DNA of 64,000 bases from Escherichia coli (GCF_024502345.1 NZ_JALDNN010000001.1), one strand, 5' to 3'. Positions 1 through 15,932 are shown, numbered from the stretch's first letter. Program-made: numbers and translations. Notes: generated by a model not told the origin, from the sequence alone.

Positions 1-139
1 TCGCCTGGCTCATACAAGGCGTCTCCACCTCCAGCACTCCACGATCGGCAAAGAAACGACGGATCTCCGCCATAATCGCCGCGCGTTTTAATAAGTTAGG
101 AATGGATGCGCTCGGCTGCCAGGATGCCGTTTCGCTCAT
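1..139 (-). CDS. epmA: EF-P lysyltransferase EpmA (PoxA), N-terminal 46 codons only; the rest lies beyond the window start
   Basis: Reverse-complement from ATG at 137-139 translates [46 protein letters not shown], the EpmA N-terminus as I recall it; divergent to frdA as in E. coli. Confidence 0.8.
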
Positions 140-463
140 AGTTAAATCTCCAGTTTTTGACAAGGGCACGAAGTCTACTCGCAACGCGACGGCGAGACAA
201 ATTTTACGCAGGAATCAAACAACGGTGGGCAGTGACTAAAAAAAGCACGATCTGATGGTTTAGTAATTAAATTAATCATCTTCAGTGATAATTTAGCCCT
301 CTTGCGCACTAAAAAAATCGATCTCGTCAAATTTCAGACTTATCCATCAGACTATACTGTTGTACCTATAAAGGAGCAGTGGAATAGCGTTCGCAGACCG
401 TAACTTTCAGGCACTTACCCTGAAGTACGGGGCTGTGGGATAAAAACAATCTGGAGGAATGTC

Positions 464-2264
464 GTGCAAACCTTTCAAGCCGATCTTGCCATTGTAGGCG
501 CCGGTGGCGCGGGATTACGTGCTGCAATTGCTGCCGCGCAGGCAAATCCAAATGCAAAAATCGCACTAATCTCAAAAGTATACCCGATGCGTAGCCATAC
601 CGTTGCTGCAGAAGGGGGCTCCGCCGCTGTCGCGCAGGATCATGACAGCTTCGAATATCACTTTCACGATACAGTAGCGGGTGGCGACTGGTTGTGTGAG
701 CAGGATGTCGTGGATTATTTCGTCCACCACTGCCCAACCGAAATGACCCAACTGGAACTGTGGGGATGCCCATGGAGCCGTCGCCCGGATGGTAGCGTCA
801 ACGTACGTCGCTTCGGCGGCATGAAAATCGAGCGTACCTGGTTCGCCGCCGATAAGACCGGCTTCCATATGCTGCACACGCTGTTCCAGACCTCTCTGCA
901 ATTCCCGCAGATCCAGCGTTTTGACGAACATTTCGTGCTGGATATTCTGGTTGATGATGGTCATGTTCGCGGCCTGGTAGCAATGAACATGATGGAAGGC
1001 ACGCTGGTGCAGATCCGTGCTAACGCGGTCGTTATGGCTACTGGCGGTGCGGGTCGCGTTTATCGTTATAACACTAACGGCGGCATCGTTACCGGTGACG
1101 GTATGGGTATGGCGCTAAGCCACGGCGTTCCGCTGCGTGACATGGAATTCGTTCAGTATCACCCAACCGGTCTGCCAGGTTCCGGTATCCTGATGACCGA
1201 AGGCTGCCGCGGTGAAGGTGGTATTCTGGTCAACAAAAATGGCTACCGTTATCTGCAAGATTACGGCATGGGCCCGGAAACTCCGCTGGGCGAGCCGAAA
1301 AACAAATATATGGAACTGGGTCCACGCGACAAAGTTTCTCAGGCCTTCTGGCACGAATGGCGTAAAGGCAACACCATCTCCACGCCGCGTGGCGATGTGG
1401 TTTATCTCGACTTGCGTCACCTCGGCGAGAAAAAACTGCATGAACGTCTGCCGTTCATCTGCGAACTGGCGAAAGCGTACGTTGGCGTCGATCCGGTTAA
1501 AGAACCGATTCCGGTACGTCCGACCGCACACTACACCATGGGCGGTATCGAAACCGATCAGAACTGTGAAACCCGCATTAAAGGTCTGTTCGCCGTGGGT
1601 GAATGTTCCTCTGTTGGTCTGCACGGTGCAAACCGTCTGGGCTCCAACTCCCTGGCGGAACTGGTGGTCTTCGGCCGTCTGGCCGGTGAACAAGCGACAG
1701 AGCGTGCAGCAACTGCCGGTAATGGCAACGAAGCGGCAATTGAAGCGCAGGCAGCTGGCGTTGAACAACGTCTGAAAGATCTGGTTAACCAGGATGGTGG
1801 CGAAAACTGGGCGAAGATCCGCGACGAAATGGGCCTGGCAATGGAAGAAGGCTGCGGTATCTACCGTACGCCGGAACTGATGCAGAAAACCATCGACAAG
1901 CTGGCTGAGCTGCAGGAACGCTTCAAGCGCGTGCGCATCACCGACACTTCCAGCGTGTTCAACACCGACCTGCTCTACACCATTGAACTGGGCCACGGTC
2001 TGAACGTTGCTGAATGTATGGCGCACTCCGCAATGGCACGTAAAGAGTCCCGCGGCGCGCACCAGCGTCTGGACGAAGGTTGCACCGAGCGTGACGACGT
2101 CAACTTCCTCAAACACACCCTCGCCTTCCGCGATGCTGATGGCACGACTCGCCTGGAGTACAGCGACGTGAAGATTACTACGCTGCCGCCAGCTAAACGC
2201 GTTTACGGTGGCGAAGCGGATGCAGCCGATAAGGCGGAAGCAGCCAATAAGAAGGAGAAGGCGA

Positions 2265-2272
<8 letters not shown>
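464..2272 (+). CDS. frdA: fumarate reductase flavoprotein subunit
   Basis: 602-aa ORF with GTG start; N-terminal FAD-binding motif [14 protein letters not shown]; full-length match to E. coli FrdA from memory; heads the frdABCD operon. Confidence 0.95.
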
Positions 2273-3405
<1,133 letters not shown>

Positions 3406-3415
3406 GGAGCCTGAG

Positions 3416-4971
<1,556 letters not shown>

Positions 4972-5059
4972 AATTTCATCGGGTCCGAATTTTCGGACCT
5001 TTTCTCCGCTTTTCCTTGCTGTCATCTACACTTAGAAAAAAACCAGTAAGGAAACATTT

Positions 5060-5593
5060 ATGCGCCTGCTCCCTCTCGTTGCCGCAGCGACAGCTGCATT
5101 TCTGGTCGTTGCCTGCAGTTCTCCTACGCCGCCGCGTGGCGTGACCGTAGTGAATAATTTCGACGCTAAACGCTATCTCGGTACCTGGTATGAGATTGCC
5201 CGTTTTGATCACCGCTTTGAACGTGGACTGGAAAAAGTCACCGCAACATACAGCCTGCGTGATGACGGCGGCCTGAATGTCATTAATAAAGGCTATAACC
5301 CTGACAGAGGAATGTGGCAGCAGAGTGAAGGGAAAGCGTACTTTACCGGCGTACCAACTCGCGCTGCGCTGAAAGTGTCATTCTTTGGTCCTTTCTATGG
5401 CGGTTATAACGTCATTGCACTTGATCGGGAATACCGCCATGCGCTGGTTTGCGGCCCGGACCGCGACTACCTGTGGATACTCTCCCGCACGCCAACCATT
5501 TCTGACGAAGTGAAACAGGAGATGCTGGCAGTCGCGACCCGGGAAGGGTTTGATGTCAGTAAGTTTATTTGGGTACAGCAGCCCGGTAGTTAG
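5060..5593 (+). CDS. blc: outer membrane lipoprotein Blc (bacterial lipocalin)
   Basis: 177-aa ORF with lipobox LVVACSS and lipocalin motif [16 protein letters not shown]. Confidence 0.9.
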   Translation: MRLLPLVAAATAAFLVVACSSPTPPRGVTVVNNFDAKRYLGTWYEIARFDHRFERGLEKVTATYSLRDDGGLNVINKGYNPDRGMWQQSEGKAYFTGVPTRAALKVSFFGPFYGGYNVIALDREYRHALVCGPDRDYLWILSRTPTISDEVKQEMLAVATREGFDVSKFIWVQQPGS

Positions 5594-5907
5594 TGAGTGC
5601 TGAGTTTCAGACCAATAATCCCCAATACGATTAACGCCAGACTCGCCAGGCGCATCGGGTTAGCGGACTCACCGAGCAGTACAATGCCGGTGATGGCCGC
5701 GCCGACTGCGCCAATACCCGTCCACACGGCATAAGCCGTCCCTACTGGTAACGATTTCATCGCCCAGGCAAGTAGCGCCATACTGACAATCATCGCCGTC
5801 ACAGTAATAACACTCGGCGTCAAACGACTAAAGCCGTGGGTATATTTCAGGCCAACGGCCCATACCACTTCCAGCAGACCAGCAATAACTAAGATAATCC
5901 AGGACAT
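5590..5907 (-). CDS. gdx: guanidinium exporter Gdx (SugE), SMR family
   Basis: 105-aa ORF from [29 protein letters not shown]; the track ORF extends upstream but ATG at 5905-5907 gives the canonical protein. Confidence 0.9.
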   Translation of the reverse strand: MSWIILVIAGLLEVVWAVGLKYTHGFSRLTPSVITVTAMIVSMALLAWAMKSLPVGTAYAVWTGIGAVGAAITGIVLLGESANPMRLASLALIVLGIIGLKLSTH

Positions 5908-5924
5908 ATCAGGCTCCGGAGAAT

Positions 5925-5971
5925 TGGGGCCGTCCCCGGTGAAAAGACGCGTTTGCAGGTCGTCCTGCAAA
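5925..5971 (-). promoter_or_regulatory. guanidine-II (mini-ykkC) riboswitch in the gdx leader
   Basis: Minus-strand reading shows two hairpins with ACGR tetraloops: TTGCAGG-ACGA-CCTGCAA (5953..5970) and GGGG-ACGG-CCCC (5926..5937), just upstream of the gdx start codon. Confidence 0.6.
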
Positions 5972-6081
5972 GCTGATGGTTGAACGGATATTTTGCCAGG
6001 TGGCAGGGGAATTTCAACTATTACCTTTGTGACTATCGCAGAGAAAACAAACGGCACGACACAGCTGTCGTACCGTTATTG

Positions 6082-6229
6082 CTTATTGCTGCGCTTTCGT
6101 TGCTGCACCAGAAATCGCGTTACCGCCATCAGAAATGTCTTCACCAACGCCACGCGTGGTGTTGCAGGCAGTTAATACTGTTGAAAGCACCAGAACAGAA
6201 AAGATCGCTGCAATTGTCTTCTTCACCAT
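6082..6229 (-). pseudogene. ecnB: entericidin B lipoprotein gene with apparent +1 frameshift
   Basis: ATG at 6227-6229 gives [16 protein letters not shown], then an extra A (CTTTCAAACAG) shifts frame to a stop after 29 codons; the +1 frame continues [32 protein letters not shown]-stop, the expected EcnB C-terminus with lipobox. Confidence 0.6.
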
Positions 6230-6275
6230 AACGTCTTCCTTTTAGGTAATGTTATTTATGTTTGCCTATAGCAAA

Positions 6276-6464
6276 TTAATAATAGACAACATCGCCAAAA
6301 ATGACGGAAATCTGATGATTTTTCGGAAGAGAAGAAAAATAGCTGGCAGCGCGAGAGATGGAGTTGCCGAGATGTTTGATGTCTTCGCCGAAACCGCGAG
6401 CGGTGTTACAGCCCGTGAGCAGCGTGCTGGCAAGCAAAACAAGAACGATAAGGCGTTTCATCAT
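6276..6464 (-). CDS. ecnA: entericidin A lipoprotein, C-terminally extended ORF (62 codons versus canonical 41)
   Basis: MMKRLIVLVLLASTLLTGCNTARGFGEDIKHLGNSISRAAS matches EcnA, but the expected stop position reads TAT and the ORF runs 21 more codons. Confidence 0.6.
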   Translation of the reverse strand: MMKRLIVLVLLASTLLTGCNTARGFGEDIKHLGNSISRAASYFSSLPKNHQISVIFGDVVYY

Positions 6465-6515
6465 CTCTGACCTGAATAAGTGATGGTGCAGCCTGCAGGC
6501 CGCACCATAACCGCA

Positions 6516-7082
6516 TTACTTCACGCGAGAGACGTATTCACCAGAGCGGGTATCCACTTTGATGACTTCGCCGATTTGTACGAACAGCGGAACTTTAACC
6601 ACAGCGCCAGTAGACAGGGTAGCCGGTTTGCCGCCAGTACCTGCGGTATCACCTTTCAGGCCCGGATCGGTATCAACGATTTCCAGTTCAACGAAGTTCG
6701 GCGGAGTAACGGAGATCGGCTGACCATTCCACAGAGTTACGATACACTCTGCCTGATCCAGCAGCCATTTAGCGTTATCGCCAATTGCTTTTGCATCAGC
6801 AGACAGCTGCTCGAAAGTTTCGTTGTTCATGAAGTGCCAGAACTCACCGTCGTTGTACAGGTAAGTCAGGTTCATATCGACAACATCAGCGCCTTCAGCG
6901 GAATCAGTAGATTTGAAGGTTTTTTCTACGCGAGTACCGGTCAGCAGACGACGCAGTTTAACGCGAGCAAATGCCTGGCCTTTACCCGGTTTTACGAATT
7001 CACTCGCTTCAACCGCGTAAGGTTCGCCGTCTAACATGATTTTAAGACCAGCACGAAAATCGTTGCTATAGTACGTTGCCAT
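6516..7082 (-). CDS. efp: elongation factor P
   Basis: 188-aa [52 protein letters not shown], including the modified-lysine loop KPGKG. Confidence 0.95.
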
Positions 7083-7123
7083 AAGGCCCTCTGAAATTTG
7101 TTAATTGGTAGCTAAGCCACAAA

Positions 7124-8152
7124 ATGGCGCATATTGTAACCCTAAATACCCCATCCAGAGAAGATTGGTTAACGCAACTTGCCGATGTTGTGACCGATCC
7201 TGATGAACTTCTGCGTCTTTTGAATATAGACGCGGACGAAAAACTGTTGGCCGGACGCAACGCCAAAAAGCTGTTTGCCCTGCGTGTGCCCCGCTCATTT
7301 ATCGATCGCATGGAGAAAGGCAATCCGGACGATCCGCTTTTGCGTCAGGTACTTACCTCGCAAGATGAGTTTGCCATCGCGCCCGGATTCTCCACCGACC
7401 CGCTGGAAGAACAGCACAGCGTAGTGCCTGGTTTGTTGCATAAATACCACAACCGGGCGCTTTTGCTGGTCAAAGGCGGCTGCGCGGTAAATTGCCGTTA
7501 TTGCTTCCGTCGCCACTTCCCTTATGCCGAAAATCAGGGCAACAAGCGTAACTGGCAAACTGCACTTGAGTATGTTGCTGCGCATCCGGAACTGGACGAG
7601 ATGATTTTCTCCGGCGGCGATCCGCTGATGGCGAAAGATCACGAGCTGGACTGGTTGCTCACACAACTGGAAGCCATCCCGCATATCAAACGTCTGCGGA
7701 TTCACAGCCGTCTGCCGATTGTGCTCCCGGCACGCATCACAGATGCGCTGGTTGAACGCTTTTCACATTCTACGCTGCAAATCTTGCTGGTGAATCACAT
7801 CAACCATGCCAATGAGGTAGATGAAACATTCCGGCAGGCGATGGCTAAGTTGCGCCGTGTCGGTGTCACCCTGCTTAACCAGAGCGTTCTGTTACGTGGT
7901 GTGAACGATAACGCACAAACGCTGGCAAACCTGAGTAATGCGTTGTTCGATGCCGGCGTGATGCCGTATTACCTGCATGTGCTCGATAAAGTACAGGGCG
8001 CGGCGCATTTTATGGTGAGTGATGACGAAGCACGGCAGATTATGCGTGAGTTGCTGACACTGGTGTCGGGATATCTGGTGCCGAAACTGGCGCGAGAAAT
8101 TGGCGGCGAACCCAGCAAAACGCCGCTGGATCTCCAGCTACGCCAGCAGTAA
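7124..8152 (+). CDS. epmB: EF-P beta-lysylation enzyme EpmB (lysine 2,3-aminomutase-like radical SAM)
   Basis: 342-aa ORF with radical-SAM cysteine motif CAVNCRYCFRR; divergent from efp. Confidence 0.9.
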   Translation: MAHIVTLNTPSREDWLTQLADVVTDPDELLRLLNIDADEKLLAGRNAKKLFALRVPRSFIDRMEKGNPDDPLLRQVLTSQDEFAIAPGFSTDPLEEQHSVVPGLLHKYHNRALLLVKGGCAVNCRYCFRRHFPYAENQGNKRNWQTALEYVAAHPELDEMIFSGGDPLMAKDHELDWLLTQLEAIPHIKRLRIHSRLPIVLPARITDALVERFSHSTLQILLVNHINHANEVDETFRQAMAKLRRVGVTLLNQSVLLRGVNDNAQTLANLSNALFDAGVMPYYLHVLDKVQGAAHFMVSDDEARQIMRELLTLVSGYLVPKLAREIGGEPSKTPLDLQLRQQ

Positions 8153-8184
8153 CTGATTAAACAGGGAAGTCAAACATTAAAATT

Positions 8185-8285
<101 letters not shown>

Positions 8286-8546
8286 GAGCAACATACGCAA
8301 GTACAGCAACCTGTCATTAAACTGGGAAATTTAATCTTTGCCCGTTGCATAACCTTTAATTATTCATATACATTGCTGTTGTTACTCTTTATATAGCTAA
8401 CACCAATAATTAACCTTTCTTTTCTGTTTATATAGAGTGAGCACGGCTACTTATGTTATTTTAACAACTATTATTACCAAGCCCATTCATCTGGCTTATA
8501 AATTAAAATTAATTATTTAATTGAGAAATGGTTAGGGAGAACCTAC

Positions 8547-9416
8547 ATGGCCATAAGCATCAAGGGTGTTAATACCGGTGTTATTCGCAAGAGTAATAAT
8601 TTCATTGCACTGGCGCTGAAAATTAAGGAACCTCGCAATAAAGAATCGTTGTTCTTTATGTCTGTCATGGAACTGCGCGACCTGCTGATTGCGCTGGAAA
8701 GTCGTCTGCATCAAAAGCATAAACTGGATGCTGCTGCACGCCTTCAGTATGAGCAAGCTCGCGATAAAGTCATTAAGAAAATGGCAGAAAATATCCCAGA
8801 AATTCTGGTTGATGAGCTTAAAAATGCCGATATTAATCGTCGGGTTAACACGCTGGAACTTACCGATAATCAAGGCGAAAATCTTACCTTCGTATTAACG
8901 CTACATGACGGTAGCAAATGTGAGTTAGTCGTCAATGAGTTGCAGATTGAAATGCTGGCGCGAGCAATCATTCATGCAATTAATAATGCAGAAATGCGCG
9001 AACTGGCATTACGTATTACCTCACTGTTAGATTTCCTGCCGTTATACGACGTTGACTGCCAGGAAAATGGCAATCTGGAATATGACACCTATTCCCAACC
9101 GGAATGGAAACATAACTTGTTCGACCATTATCTGGCGGTGCTTTACCGCTTTAAAGATGAAAGTGGCAAAGAACAATTTAGCGGCGCAGTGGTGAAAACG
9201 CGTGAAGCAACGCCGGGTAAAGAAATAGAGGCGATCACTCGCCGAATGCTTGATTTCAGCCCACGACTGAAAAAACTCGCGGGTGTGCCATGTCAGGTCT
9301 ATGTTCGCACCGTAGCGGCGAATAACGCCCAACCGCTAACCCAGGATCAATGCTTACGCGCGCTGCATCACTTACGTGTTCAATCCACCAGCAAAACTGC
9401 ACCACAGGCGAAATAA
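8547..9416 (+). CDS. yjeJ: uncharacterized protein YjeJ
   Basis: 289-aa ORF in the conserved position between epmB and yjeI; AT-rich upstream region. Confidence 0.75.
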   Translation: MAISIKGVNTGVIRKSNNFIALALKIKEPRNKESLFFMSVMELRDLLIALESRLHQKHKLDAAARLQYEQARDKVIKKMAENIPEILVDELKNADINRRVNTLELTDNQGENLTFVLTLHDGSKCELVVNELQIEMLARAIIHAINNAEMRELALRITSLLDFLPLYDVDCQENGNLEYDTYSQPEWKHNLFDHYLAVLYRFKDESGKEQFSGAVVKTREATPGKEIEAITRRMLDFSPRLKKLAGVPCQVYVRTVAANNAQPLTQDQCLRALHHLRVQSTSKTAPQAK

Positions 9417-9483
9417 TCTCATCTTTGCTAATGCGAGGCTGGAGCCATCCAGCCTGAAATGACTGATAACGTGATCGTTGGTC

Positions 9484-9578
<95 letters not shown>

Positions 9579-9608
9579 TCTGGCAATTATACGTTTGTCA
9601 CCATCACA

Positions 9609-9962
9609 TCAGTTCGGACACTTATATACCTGGCCGATAATCTGGCTATCCGTCGGGACAAAACTGGACAACATTCCCTGCGACGGGCTACTGATGCCAT
9701 AAATCACGTTACCGCCCATTGCAGCCGCCTGGTTGCGCAGATCGTTTGCTGCGCCGCGCATAGAACCACCTTCTTCTCCGTGTTGCCCGGAAAGCCAGTT
9801 GCTTTGCTTACCTGTCGCAGTACCAATCAGCTGGCACTCTGCGCCTGGCTGCTCGTCCACAATGCGTACACTCTGACCGGCAGCACTCAATTCGTTGCTG
9901 GAGCTACAACCCGCCATCAGTAGCGCGGCACCGACAATCCCTGCTAAGTATTTTACGTGCAT
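9609..9962 (-). CDS. yjeI: lipoprotein YjeI (DUF4156)
   Basis: 117-aa ORF from MHVKYLAGIVGAALLMAGCSSS with lipobox LMAGC; the track ORF starts 11 codons upstream. Confidence 0.8.
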   Translation of the reverse strand: MHVKYLAGIVGAALLMAGCSSSNELSAAGQSVRIVDEQPGAECQLIGTATGKQSNWLSGQHGEEGGSMRGAANDLRNQAAAMGGNVIYGISSPSQGMLSSFVPTDSQIIGQVYKCPN

Positions 9963-10039
9963 GTTATTCCCCATAATCAATGAGCTGGACGCCACTCGCG
10001 TCGTCCGTGTCTGAATCTTATACTAGAAAGATGACCAAA

Positions 10040-10078
10040 AGAAAAACCCCCAGACATTTCTGCCCGGGGGTTTGTTTA
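10040..10078 (-). terminator. groSL operon terminator
   Basis: Minus-strand CCCCCGGGCAG-AAATGT-CTGGGGG followed by TTTTTCTTTT, immediately after the groL stop. Confidence 0.6.
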
Positions 10079-10099
10079 TTTCTGCGAGGTGCAGGGCAA

Positions 10100-11758
<1,659 letters not shown>

Positions 11759-11789
11759 TTAAATTCGTATGTTCAGTGTCGTGCGAGGA

Positions 11790-12134
<345 letters not shown>

Positions 12135-12159
12135 TTACGTGGTTTCCCGGCTGGTGACT

Positions 12160-12195
12160 AGAGAAATGGGGATGAGGATTCGCCCCTTCAAGGGG
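12160..12195 (-). promoter_or_regulatory. sigma32 heat-shock promoter of groSL
   Basis: Minus-strand TTTCCCCCTTGAAGGGGCGAATCCTCATCCCCATTTCTC contains -35 CTTGAA and -10 CCCCATTT with 15-bp spacing, matching the sigma32 consensus. Confidence 0.7.
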
Positions 12196-12358
12196 GAAAA
12201 AGAAAAAAAATTCTGATCAGCACAAAATCGGGTGAAAACCCTGATTCACCTCACATTTCATCGCAATTTCTTCATCGCCGTCATAAGCGAATCTGATTGT
12301 GCTACCATCGAAAATCTACGCAGTTGCCCAAAATTTGGGCGCAATCGGATATCAACCC

Positions 12359-13615
12359 ATGAGTGGACTCAAACAAGAACTGGGGCTGGCCCAGGGCATT
12401 GGCCTGCTATCGACGTCATTATTAGGCACCGGCGTGTTTGCCGTTCCTGCGTTAGCTGCACAGGTAGCAGGCAATAACAGCCTGTGGGCGTGGCCCGTTT
12501 TGATTATCTTAGTGTTCCCGATTGCGATTGTGTTTGCGATTCTGGGTCGCCACTATCCCAGCGCAGGCGGTGTCGCGCACTTCGTCGGTATGGCGTTTGG
12601 TTCGCGGCTTGAGCGAGTCACCGGCTGGTTGTTTTTATCGGTCATTCCCGTGGGTTTGCCTGCCGCGCTACAAATTGCCGCCGGGTTCGGCCAGGCAATG
12701 TTTGGCTGGCATAGCTGGCAACTGTTGTTGGCAGAACTCGGTACGCTGGCGTTGGTGTGGTATATCGGTACTCGCGGTGCCAGTTCCAGTGCAAATCTAC
12801 AAACCGTTATTGCCGGACTTATCGTCGCACTGATTGTCGCTATCTGGTGGGCGGGCGATATCAAACCTGCGAGTATCCCCTTCCCCGCGCCAATAAATAT
12901 CGAACTTACCGGGTTATTTGCTGCGTTATCAGTGATGTTCTGGTGTTTTGTCGGTCTTGAAGCATTTGCCCATCTTGCCTCGGAATTTAAAAATCCAGAA
13001 CGTGATTTTCCTCGTGCTTTGATGATTGGTCTGCTGCTGGCAGGATTAGTCTACTGGGGCTGTACGGTAGTCGTCTTACACTTCGACGCCTATGGTGAAC
13101 AAATGGCGGCGGCAGCATCGCTTCCAAAAATTGTAGTGCAACTGTTCGGAGTAGGAGCGTTATGGATTGCCTGCGTGATTGGCTATCTGGCCTGCTTTGC
13201 CAGTCTCAACATTTATATACAGAGCTTCGCCCGTCTGGTCTGGTCGCAGGCGCAACATAATCCTGACCACTACCTCGCACGCCTCTCTTCTCGCCATATC
13301 CCGAATAATGCCCTCAATGCGGTGCTCGGCTGCTGCGTGGTGAGCACGCTGGTGATTCATGCTTTAGAGATCAATCTGGACGCTCTTATTATTTATGCCA
13401 ATGGCATCTTTATTATGATTTATCTGTTATGCATGCTGGCAGGCTGTAAATTATTGCAAGGACGTTATCGACTACTGGCGGTCGTTGGCGGGCTGTTATG
13501 CGTTCTGTTACTGGCAATGGTCGGCTGGAAAAGTCTCTATGCGCTGCTCATGCTGGCGGGGTTATGGCTGTTTTTGCCAAAACGAAAAACGCCGGAAAAT
13601 GGCATAACCACATAA
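12359..13615 (+). CDS. yjeH: amino-acid exporter YjeH (APC superfamily)
   Basis: 418-aa polytopic membrane ORF from MSGLKQELGLAQGIGLLSTSLLGTGVF; the track ORF begins 20 codons upstream. Confidence 0.85.
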   Translation: MSGLKQELGLAQGIGLLSTSLLGTGVFAVPALAAQVAGNNSLWAWPVLIILVFPIAIVFAILGRHYPSAGGVAHFVGMAFGSRLERVTGWLFLSVIPVGLPAALQIAAGFGQAMFGWHSWQLLLAELGTLALVWYIGTRGASSSANLQTVIAGLIVALIVAIWWAGDIKPASIPFPAPINIELTGLFAALSVMFWCFVGLEAFAHLASEFKNPERDFPRALMIGLLLAGLVYWGCTVVVLHFDAYGEQMAAAASLPKIVVQLFGVGALWIACVIGYLACFASLNIYIQSFARLVWSQAQHNPDHYLARLSSRHIPNNALNAVLGCCVVSTLVIHALEINLDALIIYANGIFIMIYLLCMLAGCKLLQGRYRLLAVVGGLLCVLLLAMVGWKSLYALLMLAGLWLFLPKRKTPENGITT

Positions 13616-13630
13616 TCCGGCGTTTCGACA

Positions 13631-14107
13631 TTAATCCTGGCGATCGTCTTTATGATCAAGGCGGTCGCGGTCATCATCCTTTCGCTGGTACTCACCATCA
13701 AAAGTATTACCGCCACCGGTCCCGGCGCTAAAACCGCCGCCTGGCATACGAGAAAAGCGCAAATGCGGCATCAACTTCACTGTCAGATGCTTTTGCACCG
13801 GCGGCAATAAAAGCAGAAGACCGAGGAAGTCGGTGAAAAAGCCCGGTAATAAAAGCAGCAAACCGGCAATGATCAGCGAAACACTTTTAATCATCTCCGC
13901 CGCTGGGTTTTCACCCGCCGCCATTTTTTGCTGCATCAGCACGAAATTCTTAAAGCCCTGGTTACGTACCAGTGACATACCGATAACTGACGTGAATATA
14001 ACCAGCACGAGGGTCAGCAATACCCCCAATACATGGGCAACCTGAATAAAGATTGAAATCTCAATATAGACATAAAGGAAAATGGCAATAAAAGGTAACC
14101 AGCGCAA
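13631..14107 (-). CDS. fxsA: FxsA inner membrane protein (F-exclusion of phage T7 suppressor)
   Basis: 158-aa ORF MRWLPFIAIFLYVYIEISIFIQVAHVLGV with acidic C-terminal tail. Confidence 0.9.
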   Translation of the reverse strand: MRWLPFIAIFLYVYIEISIFIQVAHVLGVLLTLVLVIFTSVIGMSLVRNQGFKNFVLMQQKMAAGENPAAEMIKSVSLIIAGLLLLLPGFFTDFLGLLLLLPPVQKHLTVKLMPHLRFSRMPGGGFSAGTGGGNTFDGEYQRKDDDRDRLDHKDDRQD

Positions 14108-14443
14108 AGGTTTCTCCTGTAATAGCAGCCGGTAAAACCCGGCTACCTGAATGGGTTGCGAATCGCGTTCAGCTTATATTGTGGTCATTAGCAAAATTTC
14201 AAGATGTTTGCGCAACTATTTTTGGTAGTAATCCCAAAGCGGTGATCTATTTCACAAATTAATAATTAAGGGGTAAAAACCGACACTTAAAGTGATCCAG
14301 ATTACGGTAGAAATCCTCAAGCAGCATATGATCTCGGGTATTCGGTCGATGCAGGGGATAATCGTCGGTCGAAAAACATTCGAAACCACATATATTCTGT
14401 GTGTTTAAAGCAAATCATTGGCAGCTTGAAAAAGAAGGTTCAC

Positions 14444-15880
14444 ATGTCAAACAACATTCGTATCGAAGAAGATCTGTTGGGTACCAGGGAAGTTCCAGCT
14501 GATGCCTACTATGGTGTTCACACTCTGAGAGCGATTGAAAACTTCTATATCAGCAACAACAAAATCAGTGATATTCCTGAATTTGTTCGCGGTATGGTAA
14601 TGGTTAAAAAAGCCGCAGCTATGGCAAACAAAGAGCTGCAAACCATTCCTAAAAGTGTAGCGAATGCCATCATTGCCGCATGTGATGAAGTCCTGAACAA
14701 CGGAAAATGCATGGATCAGTTCCCGGTAGACGTCTACCAGGGCGGCGCAGGTACTTCCGTAAACATGAACACCAACGAAGTGCTGGCCAATATCGGTCTG
14801 GAACTGATGGGTCACCAGAAAGGTGAATATCAGTACCTGAACCCGAACGACCATGTTAACAAATGTCAGTCCACTAACGACGCCTACCCGACCGGTTTCC
14901 GTATCGCAGTTTACTCTTCCCTGATTAAGCTGGTAGATGCGATTAACCAACTGCGTGAAGGCTTTGAACGTAAAGCTGTCGAATTCCAGGACATCCTGAA
15001 AATGGGGCGTACCCAGCTGCAGGACGCAGTACCGATGACCCTCGGTCAGGAATTCCGCGCTTTCAGCATCCTGCTGAAAGAAGAAGTGAAAAACATCCAA
15101 CGTACCGCTGAACTGCTGCTGGAAGTTAACCTTGGCGCAACAGCAATCGGTACTGGTCTGAACACGCCGAAAGAGTACTCTCCGCTGGCAGTGAAAAAAC
15201 TGGCTGAAGTTACTGGCTTCCCATGCGTACCGGCTGAAGACCTGATCGAAGCGACCTCTGACTGCGGCGCTTATGTTATGGTTCACGGCGCGCTGAAACG
15301 CCTGGCTGTGAAGATGTCCAAAATCTGTAACGACCTGCGCTTGCTCTCTTCTGGTCCACGTGCCGGCCTGAACGAGATCAACCTGCCGGAACTGCAGGCG
15401 GGCTCTTCCATCATGCCAGCTAAAGTAAACCCGGTTGTTCCGGAAGTGGTTAACCAGGTATGCTTCAAAGTCATCGGTAACGACACCACTGTTACCATGG
15501 CAGCAGAAGCAGGTCAACTGCAGTTGAACGTTATGGAGCCGGTCATTGGCCAGGCTATGTTCGAATCCGTTCACATTCTGACCAACGCTTGCTACAACCT
15601 GCTGGAAAAATGCATTAACGGCATCACTGCTAACAAAGAAGTGTGCGAAGGTTACGTTTACAACTCTATCGGTATCGTTACTTACCTGAACCCGTTCATC
15701 GGTCACCACAACGGTGACATCGTGGGTAAAATCTGTGCCGAAACCGGTAAGAGTGTACGTGAAGTCGTTCTGGAACGCGGTCTGTTGACTGAAGCGGAAC
15801 TTGACGATATTTTCTCCGTACAGAATCTGATGCACCCGGCTTACAAAGCAAAACGCTATACTGATGAAAGCGAACAGTAA
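14444..15880 (+). CDS. aspA: aspartate ammonia-lyase
   Basis: 478-aa ORF from [30 protein letters not shown]; fumarase/aspartase signature [11 protein letters not shown]. Confidence 0.95.
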
Positions 15881-15900
15881 TCGTACAGGGTAGTACAAAT

Positions 15901-15932
15901 AAAAAAGGCACGTCAGATGACGTGCCTTTTTT
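15901..15932 (+). terminator. aspA terminator
   Basis: AAAAAAGGCACGTCA-GATGACGTGCCTTTTTT perfect hairpin with flanking A and T runs. Confidence 0.85.

Noticed and set aside
1115-2116. 333-aa ORF on the minus strand inside frdA
   Set aside because: Antisense to a well-supported conserved gene; a low-complexity translation typical of shadow ORFs in GC-rich coding DNA.
5980-6231. 83-aa and 60-aa plus-strand ORFs over the ecnB region
   Set aside because: Antisense to the entericidin B locus; no support as genes.
14447-15898. 483-aa ORF on the minus strand overlapping aspA
   Set aside because: Antisense shadow ORF; aspA on the plus strand matches the known protein end to end.
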